Shown here in pieces: positions 29,186 to 38,942 of a stretch of 64,000 bases of DNA. Position 1 is the first letter of the stretch; each line of letters begins with the position of its first letter. The translations under genes were made by a program, and so were the position numbers. The DNA comes from Candidatus Spongiisociaceae bacterium. GTDB lineage: Bacteria > Actinomycetota > Acidimicrobiia > Spongiisociales > Spongiisociaceae. The DNA lies in contig OZ253564.1 in assembly GCA_965262915.1 (NCBI GenBank), positions 1,056,001-1,120,000 on the forward strand, read 5' to 3'. The notes under the pieces are model-generated. The model was given only the letters and a program-made list of their open reading frames with translations, was not told the origin of the DNA and ran no database searches.

Positions 29186-30327
29186 TGGTCGCTTCCTTCC
29201 TGGTAGTCGAGCTGTAACTCGGGGATCACGAAACTCCCTCTGTCGACTATCTGCGTATCGTCGACCCAGATGGAGTGATTGCGGGTCGGGACGTCGAAGT
29301 GGAACGGAACCCGGTTCTCACCGTCGAGGCCCCTCATGAAGTTGGCGCCGAAAGCGATCAGCATGTTGCCGTAGTAGCTCTCGGCGTCCATCACGCCGCC
29401 CGACTCCCAGAAGCGAAGACCGAGGGCGTTCCAGTTGGCCCGGTGCTCGTATCCCCACCCGATGTGGGATACGCCGTCGGAGCGCCTGTCCCCGGGCAGT
29501 TCGAAGTGATCCCGCGCCAGCCGGGCGTCGGTTCCTCCCTCGATCGATACGATGCTTCCTTCTCGAAGCTCCATCCGGATGGGAGACATCACGTAGCGAC
29601 CCAGATTGAGCAGGCAGTCACCCTCGTCCAGCACCAGAGTGCCTTCCGCCGAGTGCTCCAGCGGCGCCACCACCACCTGTCCGGACGGCCAGTGGTCCCA
29701 ACGGCCCGGCGTGTCCGAATACCCGTACTGCGTAAGGACCGGGCGGCCCTCGTAGCTGAGGGTGAGATCCGTCCCCGCCTCCGATCGGATACGCAGGGTG
29801 GTTCCCGCCTCCATGAGGGATCGGCTGGCATCTGCCCGCCGGCGGATCTCGGGGATGGGGAACATGCGGCGCAGCATGTCCTCGGGTTCGAGGATCATCA
29901 GCGTGCGGGCGCCGGCGTCGAGGGCCGCGTTGTGTGCATCGCTGTAGATCCATTCGGTGGTCAGCATTCCCACCACCAGATCGGATCCTCTCCAGGCGTC
30001 GATGATGGCCTGCGATTTCATCCAGCTCTCGTCAGAGGCCACCACGATCTGGAAGAAGTCGGCGCCGAGCACCCGCGCGGCGGCGGCCAGCGCGGTCGTA
30101 TACGCGTCGTTGCTCATGGTGTCGGTGAACCCGAGCACCGTCTCGCCCGGCTTCACGTTGCATAGCTTCAAATGGTCCCGGAACAGGGGGACCAGCTCGG
30201 CACCGGCCGCGGCGGCGGTCGGAACTCGACGCATCGGGGACTGCTTTCTCGGGCTGCTGCGGGCGTATACTACGGCCGATGTTGAGCGCTGCCCTCCTTC
30301 GCTCGACTTCCTCCCTCGCCTTCGCAT
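29182..30327 (-). CDS. 2,5-dihydroxypyridine 5,6-dioxygenase (NicX)-like, M29 fold; start may be 30234
   Basis: QYGYSDTPGRWDHWPSG, AEGTLVLDEGD, SHIGWG, MDAESYYGN, HFDVPTRN match recalled NicX motifs including the His/His/Asp metal ligands. Confidence 0.8.
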   Translation of the reverse strand: MRRRGRKSSEGGQRSTSAVVYARSSPRKQSPMRRVPTAAAAGAELVPLFRDHLKLCNVKPGETVLGFTDTMSNDAYTTALAAAARVLGADFFQIVVASDESWMKSQAIIDAWRGSDLVVGMLTTEWIYSDAHNAALDAGARTLMILEPEDMLRRMFPIPEIRRRADASRSLMEAGTTLRIRSEAGTDLTLSYEGRPVLTQYGYSDTPGRWDHWPSGQVVVAPLEHSAEGTLVLDEGDCLLNLGRYVMSPIRMELREGSIVSIEGGTDARLARDHFELPGDRRSDGVSHIGWGYEHRANWNALGLRFWESGGVMDAESYYGNMLIAFGANFMRGLDGENRVPFHFDVPTRNHSIWVDDTQIVDRGSFVIPELQLDYQEGSDQ

Positions 30328-30460
30328 GAGCCTCCGATTCGGTCTGATCGGTACGGGAGGGGGAGGCCATCTGTTCGCGGGGGCGCTGGCCGGACGCGGT
30401 GGCGGAAATCTACGAGGATGGCGGGTGTACTGCAGAGTTCGGCGCGTCGTTCGAACCGTG

Positions 30461-30673
30461 CTAGCTCTGTTGGAGGTTTGGCAGCCGAGCTAACTGTGCA
30501 GCTGGTGTCACGCGACAGCGAGCGCCTTGACCGGCTGGAGGTGCTCGGTATTCGTGAGCGGTCTCGCCCAAGGTACGGTGTTCGGGAGTTGCCAGTACTG
30601 CGTCGACCATTGTCTGGGCGATGCCCTGCTCGGTCATCCGCTCTCGGGCATGGTGACTGTAACGAACCTGCAT
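30461..30673 (-). pseudogene. DUF4258-like toxin remnant
   Basis: VRYSHHARERMTEQGI....VDAVLATPE N-terminus, then degenerates. Confidence 0.5.
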
Positions 30674-30783
30674 CCGCGAGTTCCTACGCTACCTTGGCCA
30701 TCGAACCGGACTGTATCCCTAGGCAATGGTCCGGCGCGACCCATCATCCCAACCGACACTATGTCCCCGACCGAACGATGGGC

Positions 30784-31812
30784 TCAGGTTTCATCGCCTC
30801 CGGCGGCGGGGATGAAGATCCCTTCTCCGAGCGGGTCGTCCTTGTCGAGCACCAGTTGGTTGAAGCCGGTCAGGTAGGCGGAGCCGGTGATGGTTGGGAT
30901 GATCGCCCTTCGCCCTGAGATCTCTGTCTCGGCCTCGACCGTGCCGGTGAACGTGGTGTTGAGGACGCTCTCGTGGACGAAGGTGTCCCCTACTCCCAGT
31001 TCTCCCCTCGCGAAGTGCCAGGCCATGCGGGCGCAGCTCCCGGTCCCGCAGGGGGAGCGGTCGAATCCCAGGCCGGTGGAGGTGGCAAGATTCTGGCCGT
31101 CGGATCCCGGGCTCCTGGGCGGTCCGACGTAGAGCAAGTGGTCGACTCGTTGCGGTGTTCCCGGGGGTAGGTCGGTTCGCTTACCGAGGATCCTGTTCAG
31201 TTCGAGTCGGATGCGGTGGCTGAGCGCTACCAGATCGGGCACCGATTCCACGCTGATCGGCGTCCCGGTCTGTTCGACTCGTACCAGGGCGAACCATAGG
31301 CCACCGAAGGCGAGGTCCACTTCGAATGCCTGTCCGTTGACCTCCACGTCCAACCCGGTCAGCGCTACCCGGGAGGGCACTCCCTGGAAGGTGACCGAAC
31401 GAACTTTGGTCCCTTCCACGCGAGCCTCGGCTAACACCAGGCCGCTTAGGGTCTCCACCACTACTTTGGTGACGGGTTCCACCGGCTCGATTCTGAACAT
31501 TTCCACCAGGCTGGTGATGGTTCCGATCAAGGCGTGGCCGCACATGGTGAGCGAGCCGAGCGCGGACAGGATCAGGATGGAGAGGTCTGCTTGTGGATGA
31601 AGCGCCGGAAGGGGCAGGACGGCATGCCACGGGGCATGACCGCGCGGCTCCCCTACCAGCAACTTGGCCAGGTCCGCATGGTTGGCCAACAGATCCGCTT
31701 CCATCTCTCGCAGGGTGTGACCCTCCAGTTCCGGAAAGCCGTCGGTCACGAGCCTGGTGGGTTCTCCAGCGGTGTGGGAGTCGATCACGTGTATGCGGCG
31801 GATGAAGGTCAT
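30784..31812 (-). CDS. Proline racemase family protein
   Basis: IDSHTAGEPTR, EPRGH, MCGH and DRSPCGTG (both catalytic Cys present). Confidence 0.93.
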   Translation of the reverse strand: MTFIRRIHVIDSHTAGEPTRLVTDGFPELEGHTLREMEADLLANHADLAKLLVGEPRGHAPWHAVLPLPALHPQADLSILILSALGSLTMCGHALIGTITSLVEMFRIEPVEPVTKVVVETLSGLVLAEARVEGTKVRSVTFQGVPSRVALTGLDVEVNGQAFEVDLAFGGLWFALVRVEQTGTPISVESVPDLVALSHRIRLELNRILGKRTDLPPGTPQRVDHLLYVGPPRSPGSDGQNLATSTGLGFDRSPCGTGSCARMAWHFARGELGVGDTFVHESVLNTTFTGTVEAETEISGRRAIIPTITGSAYLTGFNQLVLDKDDPLGEGIFIPAAGGDET

Positions 31813-31969
31813 TGCTAAAGCTGGGTCCTGTTCCGGTAAGACCTCGGCCGATACTTGCCGGCGGGAAAGCGGCCGACGAAGGTCATTGGTGAAGCTGGGG
31901 GTAGGGGTGACGTACTGCTAGATTCTGCATTCGTCTTCCTAGAAATTCGTGCAAAGGGTAAAGGAAACC

Positions 31970-33526
31970 ATGGGAAAGATCACCTATGCGACCATGTCGG
32001 CCGACGACCCGGTTCTTCACCGCGCCTACGAAGAGGGACTGGCCGCCGCCACCGAGCAGATCGGGCAGACCCATCCGCTGCTGATCAACGGTGAGAAACG
32101 GTACACCGACGAGACTTACACGGAACGTTCTCCGATCGACTCGGAACTGGTGGTGGGTGTCTATTCGCAGGCTTCCGACGACGATGTGGACGAGGCCGTT
32201 GCTACTGCTCGTGCCTTCCAGGCCGAGTGGGAGGCGACCCCATGGCAGGAGAGACTGGCCATCATCCGCCGGGCGGCGGCAATCGTCGAGGAGGAGACCC
32301 CCACCCTGGCCGGTTTCCTGAGTCTCGAGATCGGAAAGAACCGGCTCGAGGCGCTGGGAGATGTCTCCGAAGCAGTGGCATTCGCCAACTACTACTGCGA
32401 CCGGCTGGAGGAGTCCGGCGGGTTGTCGACCGCCATGGGACAGTACGGGGTCGGGGACACCAACCATTCGGTCTTGCGGCCCTGGGGTGTCTGGGCGGTC
32501 ATCTCTCCCTTCAACTTCCCGATGGCGCTGGTTGCAAGCCCCACTTCGGCAGCTCTGCTGACCGGCAACACCGTGGTGCTGAAGCCGTCGAACAGCGGAG
32601 CCCTGGGCGCGTTGCTGCTGGCCGACATCTACTTCCGGGCCGGGCTGCCCGCAGGTGCCTTGCAGGTGGTAACCGGCGGCGACGGGGCGGGTGACCGGCT
32701 CGCTCATCACGACCATGTGGACGGGATCACCTTCACCGGCTCCCACGACGTCGGAATGTATCTGTACAGGACGGTGGCGAGCGGTCGTCCCAAGCCCGTA
32801 GTGTGCGAGATGGGCGGGAAGAACCCGGCGGTGGTGACGGCCACGGCCGATCTCGATCTGGCTGCTGAAGGGGTCATGCGGGCCGCCTTCGGCCTATCGG
32901 GACAGAAGTGCTCGGCCAACTCCCGCGTATATGTGGAGCAGCCCGCCTTCCAAGAGTTCCTCGACCTTCTCACCGAGAAGACCAGTGAGGTCCAGGTGGG
33001 AGACCCTCGCCATCGCGAGACCTTCGTGGGGCCGGTCATCGACGATGAAGCGGTCGACCGTTTCCGCTCGGCAGTGGAAGCCGTGAAAGAGGCCGGAGGC
33101 GAGATCCTGTCCGGCGGCGAGGTGGTCACCGAAGGTGATCTGGCGCGGGGCCACTTCGTGCAACCCACGGTGGTGACCGCACCCCAGGAGGCCTGGATCT
33201 GGGAGAAGGAGTTGTTCGTGCCGTTCGTGGCGGTGACCGCGGTGGACTCCCTGGACGAGGGAATCGACAAGGCCAACGACACGGTCTTCGGGCTCACAGC
33301 CGGAGTTTTTGCCGGCACCGACGAGGAAGTGGATCGGTTCTTCCAGCGGATCCAGGCCGGCGTCGTGTATGCCAACCGGCGGGCCGGGTCGACCACCGGG
33401 GCGTGGCCGGACATCCAGCCGTTCGGCGGTTGGAAGGGTTCGGGCACCTCGGGCGCCGGCAGCGGCGGCCCCTGGTACATGCGTTCCTACGTGCGCGAGC
33501 AGGCCCGCACGCTGATCAGGGAGTGA
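31970..33526 (+). CDS. Aldehyde dehydrogenase, 1-pyrroline-5-carboxylate dehydrogenase-like
   Basis: ISPFNFP, FTGS, CEMGGKN, GQKCSA, TTGAWPDIQPFGGWKGSG; RBS AAGGA before ATG 31970. Confidence 0.88.
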   Translation: MGKITYATMSADDPVLHRAYEEGLAAATEQIGQTHPLLINGEKRYTDETYTERSPIDSELVVGVYSQASDDDVDEAVATARAFQAEWEATPWQERLAIIRRAAAIVEEETPTLAGFLSLEIGKNRLEALGDVSEAVAFANYYCDRLEESGGLSTAMGQYGVGDTNHSVLRPWGVWAVISPFNFPMALVASPTSAALLTGNTVVLKPSNSGALGALLLADIYFRAGLPAGALQVVTGGDGAGDRLAHHDHVDGITFTGSHDVGMYLYRTVASGRPKPVVCEMGGKNPAVVTATADLDLAAEGVMRAAFGLSGQKCSANSRVYVEQPAFQEFLDLLTEKTSEVQVGDPRHRETFVGPVIDDEAVDRFRSAVEAVKEAGGEILSGGEVVTEGDLARGHFVQPTVVTAPQEAWIWEKELFVPFVAVTAVDSLDEGIDKANDTVFGLTAGVFAGTDEEVDRFFQRIQAGVVYANRRAGSTTGAWPDIQPFGGWKGSGTSGAGSGGPWYMRSYVREQARTLIRE

Positions 33527-33745
33527 TCCCCTGATCAGCTCCGGCGCATCGGACCTCCTCTACGGGCACTTCTGTTCGGCGTGACCAAGAGACCAGCACA
33601 CCGGCTCCCGCCAGAACTCTGATCCCAAGGCTGCTACCTGGATCCGGCCCACCTAGATGGTTAGTTCCTAGCCCTGATTCTTCAGACCCGTCGCGACGCA
33701 TGGCCTGCCTGCGGTCACGATGCCGACGCCGGAAGGAGACCTTCG

Positions 33746-33982
33746 ATGGGCGTCACCCTCTTCTACAACACTGAGTGCCCCGACTGTGCCCGCCGGGCGA
33801 GGCGCACCGCCAGGCTGGACTGGCTGCGCCGGGTGCGGATATTCACCGACGATTCCCCGATGGGCCCCGTGTCCCGCGGCCCTACGGGCTACTGCTCCAC
33901 ATCCCACCCGTCCGGCGGATCGCCGGTCGTGGCAAACAGGGCTGCAATGGTGACGCCTCAAGGTCTGACCTGTGGCTGGTAG
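33746..33982 (+). pseudogene. DCC1/DUF393-like thiol-disulfide oxidoreductase remnant
   Basis: TLFYNTECPDC...RLDW N-terminus with RBS AAGGAG; C-terminus degenerate. Confidence 0.45.
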
Positions 33983-34019
33983 CCCGTAGCCCGCGACCCG
34001 TTGAATATCAAACCCATCA

Positions 34020-34072
34020 CTAACACCTAATACCTAACACCTAGCACCTAATACCTAACACCTAACACCTAA
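34020..34072. repeat. Heptamer tandem repeat (CTAACAC consensus) x7.5
   Basis: CTAACAC CTAATAC CTAACAC CTAGCAC CTAATAC CTAACAC CTAACAC CTAA. Confidence 0.9.
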
Positions 34073-35256
34073 AGGTGGTCCAGGCTCCTCTTCACGAACT
34101 TGCGATCGAGGGATAGGGGCGAATCGTCCAACCGCCCGGTGATCAAGTCGGCCAGGATGCGGCCCCCCGCCGGGGAGCACATGATGCCGTGCCCGGAATA
34201 ACCGGTGTTCACCCACAGTCCGTCGATCGGGGTCCGACCGATCAGGGGACGGTGGTCGGGGGTCATGGTGTACTGCCCGGAGTGAACCATCCACGAGAAC
34301 TCCCCGCCCCTCCAAGCCTGTCCCCAGAAGGGACTGATCCGGGCCGCGGCCTCCGACCGGGAGGGATCCAGCACCCGGAAGGCCATGTCGTGGTCGGGAG
34401 GGACATCCTCCACGGGCTCCCTGCCCGGTCCTCCGGGGGCAGCGTCCAGGACATGGGCCCCCGAAAGGACGGGACGCCAATGCACCCCCGTGTCGTCATC
34501 GATGGTCATCGGGGCGTCGGGTGGCACCCGGGCCAGGTCGGGAACCACCACCTTGTGGCGCGGCTTCACCTCCAGCGGCAGGTCCACCCCTGCGAGAGCG
34601 GCCAGCTTCACGGAGAAGGGTCCGGCGGCGATCACCACCTGCTCGGCCCGGATGAGACCCTGATCGGTGCCGACGTCGAAACCCCCCGAGGGGCGATCCC
34701 TGAGCGACACCACCCGGCATGAGGTGTGGAGAGGGGCTCCCGACGCCCGAAGCAGCCCCAGTGTCAGAGCCCTGGGATCGACGAAGCCGTCGCCCGCCCG
34801 GTAGCGGGCTTGGACCACTTCGGGGCTGAGGTACGGGAACCTGCGGTGGGCCTCGTCGCCGGTGAGGAGCTCGATGTCGGTCTGCCCCCAGGAGTGCTGC
34901 AGAGCCACCAGCCGTCGCTGCGCCTCGGCCCGTTCCTCGGAGGTGGTCGCCCAGATGTATCCCGGCTGCCGTACTCCCAACGGCCCGGAGTCCTGCCCGG
35001 TGATTCCAGAGAAGTCGAGGATGAGATCCACCGACTCCCGCACCAGTTCGGTCTCCTCCAGGTTGTCGAACTGCAGGCGGAACGCGCCGGTGGCGACGGG
35101 GGTGGTGAGTGCGGCCGGGGCGGGCAGAGCTTCCAGAACCACCGGCGACAGCCCGGCCCGGGCCACCCAGAACGCTGTGGATGCGCCCACTATCCCGGCG
35201 CCGATTATCAGCAGTTCAACTCCCGCCGGCAGGCCACCGTCTTCCTTGCACACCAT
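34069..35256 (-). CDS. FAD-dependent DAO/sarcosine-oxidase-beta family oxidoreductase
   Basis: IIGAGIVG, TPDHRPLIG, GYSGHGIMCSPAGG; TAGCTT 7 nt before ATG 35256 suggests a leaderless start. Confidence 0.9.
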   Translation of the reverse strand: MVCKEDGGLPAGVELLIIGAGIVGASTAFWVARAGLSPVVLEALPAPAALTTPVATGAFRLQFDNLEETELVRESVDLILDFSGITGQDSGPLGVRQPGYIWATTSEERAEAQRRLVALQHSWGQTDIELLTGDEAHRRFPYLSPEVVQARYRAGDGFVDPRALTLGLLRASGAPLHTSCRVVSLRDRPSGGFDVGTDQGLIRAEQVVIAAGPFSVKLAALAGVDLPLEVKPRHKVVVPDLARVPPDAPMTIDDDTGVHWRPVLSGAHVLDAAPGGPGREPVEDVPPDHDMAFRVLDPSRSEAAARISPFWGQAWRGGEFSWMVHSGQYTMTPDHRPLIGRTPIDGLWVNTGYSGHGIMCSPAGGRILADLITGRLDDSPLSLDRKFVKRSLDHL

Positions 35257-35586
35257 CGCCACCAAGCTAGTTGGGGAAATGACAAAGCCGCAAAGAGGGT
35301 GGCCTGCCGGGAGAGTGACGCTAGCCGAGCGGTATCCAACTCGGCTTGAAGCTGGCGGAATCGGCCGTTCCGGCTGGGCCGTTTCCTAAGCCGAAGGCCC
35401 CCTCGTTGAAGGATGATCAGGCAGCTTCTGTACAAGCCTCATCTATTTCTTGGCTTTCCAAAGCTCGGGATCCTGCTCGAGAACCGGGGCGGTCCAATAG
35501 CCCTATAGTTCGGTGCAGCAGGTCAAGGCCAGGCTCAATCCAGGTACGCGACGCTAGCCGCCCAGGGTTGAGGCTAGGAGGAGGGC

Positions 35587-36561
35587 ATGATGGTTCAACA
35601 ACCATCCGATGGTGCACACCCGCCGCGGGAAGAGTCGAGAACGGCTGCCGACCAGTTCTTCTTCAACGCCACCCTTGGCTCGAACCAGTTGTGGCGGTGG
35701 GTTCTGGGCATAGTCGTGATCCTCCTGATGTGGATAGGTATTGGCAGTATCGTTTTGGGTATCGCCGGGTGTGCATTCCTGAGAGCGACCAACGCTTTTG
35801 GGATCTCATGTCCGGAGGGCGTGGGAATCACGGGCGATGGCTCGCTAACGGCACGCCTTATTATTGCGGGTTTGGGATTCGTCGTGGGACTGGTGGGTAT
35901 ATGGGGAGTGGTGCGACTCATTCATAAGAAGCCGTTGAGGCGGGTAGCCACTGGAAGGTCATCCTTCGACTGCAACCGGTACCTGTACGCCATGGTCGTA
36001 GCGCTAATCGTTTCCCTCGTGGTGTTCGCTGTTAATAGGTTCATTCTTCGGTTGGATATGACCTTCCAGGAGCCCGGCTGGGAGTACCTGATCTTCGTCG
36101 TGTTCGCACTCTTGCTCGTTCCTGTCCAGACTGGTGTTGAAGAACTCTTATTCCGTGGGTACATACTGCAGGGCATAATGCTTCTCGTTAAGAAAAAGGT
36201 GGTGCTCGCCTTAGTCTCAGGAGCTATTTTCGCTCTACCGCACCTCACCAATCCAGAGGCGTCAGCCTACGGGTTCGCGCCCTATGTTGTCGCGTTGGTG
36301 TCCTTTGGAGTTTTCTTTGGATTGATGACGCTGCTTGATGGTGGAATCGAATTGGCGGCGGGCTACCACGCGGTTAATAACCTATTCATGGGTCTAGTAG
36401 TGAACACCGACTCAGCGGTGATAGTAACCCCTTCATTGTTTACGATCCAGCGCGATGGATACGATCTGTTTCCGCATGTCTCCATAGACGTCCTCGGTCT
36501 CTTGCTTGCACTAGCAATCCTCAACCACAAGTACAAGTGGGTCAAGCTCTCTCGAAAGTGA
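35587..36561 (+). CDS. CPBP (CAAX/Abi) intramembrane metalloprotease
   Basis: EELLFRG, FALPH, HAVNN; many TM segments. Confidence 0.92.
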   Translation: MMVQQPSDGAHPPREESRTAADQFFFNATLGSNQLWRWVLGIVVILLMWIGIGSIVLGIAGCAFLRATNAFGISCPEGVGITGDGSLTARLIIAGLGFVVGLVGIWGVVRLIHKKPLRRVATGRSSFDCNRYLYAMVVALIVSLVVFAVNRFILRLDMTFQEPGWEYLIFVVFALLLVPVQTGVEELLFRGYILQGIMLLVKKKVVLALVSGAIFALPHLTNPEASAYGFAPYVVALVSFGVFFGLMTLLDGGIELAAGYHAVNNLFMGLVVNTDSAVIVTPSLFTIQRDGYDLFPHVSIDVLGLLLALAILNHKYKWVKLSRK

Positions 36562-36712
36562 CGTTCCCTACTTGATACACCCGTCCCCCCGAGGGTGAAG
36601 GGTTCCGGACCAGAGCGGCCACTGGAAGCCGGCGCGAGAACCGTCACCTCTTCGATTACGCAAGAGCTTCGGTGTGGCATGTTCTTCGATGCCGTCCAGG
36701 CTGGATCGGGTC

Positions 36713-37183
36713 TCAGCCCTCGCAGGCGATCAATCCCGCCGGATCGGAGAAGATCCCATTGGCGTACTGCACCTCTCGCACGTAGCACACGATCTTGTCC
36801 ACCTCCTCAGGTGACAAGCCCGGTACAGGGTTCATATCGCCGAATTGCCAATGGTGCTGGGACGATCCTTGGTTCACAGCAAGGTGGAAACTGAAGTCGG
36901 CGTGATGGCCGGGCTCGTAGATAGGGTCTATCAACGGCGGACCCTGCGACGACCCGCCCGCAGTGGCACCATGACACTCCGAGCAGCTGGCGGTGAACAG
37001 TTCGGCGCCCTCACTAGCTACGGCCGACAGGTCGGGTACGGTTATTGCGGCTGTCTGGGAGTCAGGCGTATCGGCAGTCGAGTCTTCACCGTCCTCGGAT
37101 CCTGAACACCCCACCAACAAAACACAGACCAAGACGGGGAGCAGGACCGATCGGTGCCCCCGAGGTAGTCGCCTACCGACCAT
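36713..37183 (-). CDS. Mono-heme cytochrome c lipoprotein
   Basis: Lipobox LLVGC, CSECH, GPPL..PIYEPGHH, HHWQFGDM. Confidence 0.87.
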   Translation of the reverse strand: MVGRRLPRGHRSVLLPVLVCVLLVGCSGSEDGEDSTADTPDSQTAAITVPDLSAVASEGAELFTASCSECHGATAGGSSQGPPLIDPIYEPGHHADFSFHLAVNQGSSQHHWQFGDMNPVPGLSPEEVDKIVCYVREVQYANGIFSDPAGLIACEG

Positions 37184-37352
37184 CTGTTGATTGCTCCCCG
37201 CGTTGTCGTCTTCCCGATCGGATCGCTGCTTGGGACACTTGATCAGTCCACAGCCAGAGCAGCATGCCCCGGACCCCTGTGGAATCGACGCCCCGCCAGC
37301 TGGCAAACTCCATTTTCGGGCCCTTCCTGATCGGGTGCGATGTTCATCCTAG

Positions 37353-37431
37353 GAGAATGCCGAGAACGGGTGAATGGTTGCCACGTCAGCGGACGACGGG
37401 CCGTTGCTCCCCACCGTTTTGGACCACCCTC
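37353..37431. repeat. Palindromic MITE-like dispersed repeat, copy 3, flanked by CTAG direct repeats
   Basis: 18/18 match (GGCCCGTCGTCCGCTGAC, reverse strand) to copy 1; ends GGACCACCCTC; CTAG at 37349-37352 and 37432-37435. Confidence 0.65.
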
Positions 37432-37523
37432 CTAGGCGAGCTGGAAACCCACGCTGCCTGGCCGGGCGGTACCTCCCCGGTTGGGAGGTCGGCTGGGTTC
37501 CATGAGTAGTCAAGATGTCGTTC

Positions 37524-38942
37524 TCAGCGGTTGGGGGTGATCCTTCCCTGATTCTGGGGAAGCCGCAACGACACGGTGACACCCTCTCCGAGGCCGTCGC
37601 TTGTTATGGTGATCGTGCCCCCGTGTGCTTCGACTATGGCTCGGGTGATGGCCAATCCCAGACCTGTGCCGCCTATCCAACGACTTCGAGACTGGTCGGT
37701 ACGGTAGGAGCGGTCGAAGACATGAGGCAGGTCTGCAGGATGGATACCTATCCCGTCATCGATGATCGAGATGGCCAACGTCTCGTTGGCTTCTAACCCC
37801 GCCTTTAGCACGATGGTCCCGCCGGCGTCGGTGTAATGAATGGCGTTGCTCAGGACGTTTCCCAATGCCTGGCTCATGCGTATCCGGTCGAGGTCCATAT
37901 CTGGTAGGTCGGTGGATGCCTGTAGCGACATTGTAACCTGTCGAGTCTGAGCTTGTGGCAGCCAGCGCTCTACCTCGGCGGTGAGTAGTCTGTGAATCGA
38001 TGTTGATTCGCGTGTGAGTCTCGACTCGCCATAGTCGGTCTCCGCAATCCAGTTCAGATCGCTTACGAGACCGTGTAGCCGATCTACCTCCTCGACGATG
38101 TGGTCGGCCGCGTTCTCAGGCGTCTGGAGTCCATCGCGTAGCCCTTCAGCCTCTAGCTGTATAACGCTCAGTGGTGTATTCAGCTCATGAGAGACATCGG
38201 TTATCAGCCGCCTACGCAGATCACGCTGAGCCTCCAAGGTGGCGGTCATCTGGTTGAAAGCCGCGCTCATCTGGCCCAACTCGTCCGAGGATGTGACTGG
38301 TAGCCGGGTCGTATCCCCCTGAGCGATTGCCTGGGTTGCCTCCGATAGAGCCGTAACAGGTGCTGTGATACGTCTGGATAACCAAACGGCGAGCAGAATC
38401 GCAGCCCCACCTGCCAGCGTACCGCCGATGACGCTAAGAGACAGAAGCGTGTTGAGGAATCCATGTGACTCCGTCGATAGGAATTCATGGTTTATGTCTA
38501 CGTAGACATAGCCTACGGGCAGGTTCGTAGTTAGATCGAACACCGTCTCCCGATACCCGTCCAGGTCGGGTGCGGTGGTACCGGCTGTCAGCACAGAGAA
38601 GTTGTCCTTCACCACACGTCCGTCGACATCGGCGATGACGACTCGTATCGGATCTATGTGGAAGGATTCTCTCTCACTCTCTTCAGATCCCTCCCTGTGC
38701 CGCTCCTTCTCGTAGATGTAGCCGGCCTCGGACAGCGGCCTGTCCACGGTCTCCCACCCGCCGGTGGTGGTGTACTCCCGACTCAGATTCTGAGCTAACT
38801 GGCTCGCCTCATCATTACGTATCTCGTCCACGAAGACACCGAGGCGGGACTGCGTCGTGTAATAGCCCACACCAACGCTGATCAAGACGGTAGGAACGAT
38901 CACATAGACGAGCGATCTCAGGATTCGCCAGCGTAGCGACAT
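37524..38942 (-). CDS. HAMP-domain sensor histidine kinase (BaeS-like)
   Basis: Two TMs, DELGQM, DVSHELNTPL, NVLSNAIHY, DDGIG, GTGLGL. Confidence 0.95.
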   Translation of the reverse strand: MSLRWRILRSLVYVIVPTVLISVGVGYYTTQSRLGVFVDEIRNDEASQLAQNLSREYTTTGGWETVDRPLSEAGYIYEKERHREGSEESERESFHIDPIRVVIADVDGRVVKDNFSVLTAGTTAPDLDGYRETVFDLTTNLPVGYVYVDINHEFLSTESHGFLNTLLSLSVIGGTLAGGAAILLAVWLSRRITAPVTALSEATQAIAQGDTTRLPVTSSDELGQMSAAFNQMTATLEAQRDLRRRLITDVSHELNTPLSVIQLEAEGLRDGLQTPENAADHIVEEVDRLHGLVSDLNWIAETDYGESRLTRESTSIHRLLTAEVERWLPQAQTRQVTMSLQASTDLPDMDLDRIRMSQALGNVLSNAIHYTDAGGTIVLKAGLEANETLAISIIDDGIGIHPADLPHVFDRSYRTDQSRSRWIGGTGLGLAITRAIVEAHGGTITITSDGLGEGVTVSLRLPQNQGRITPNR

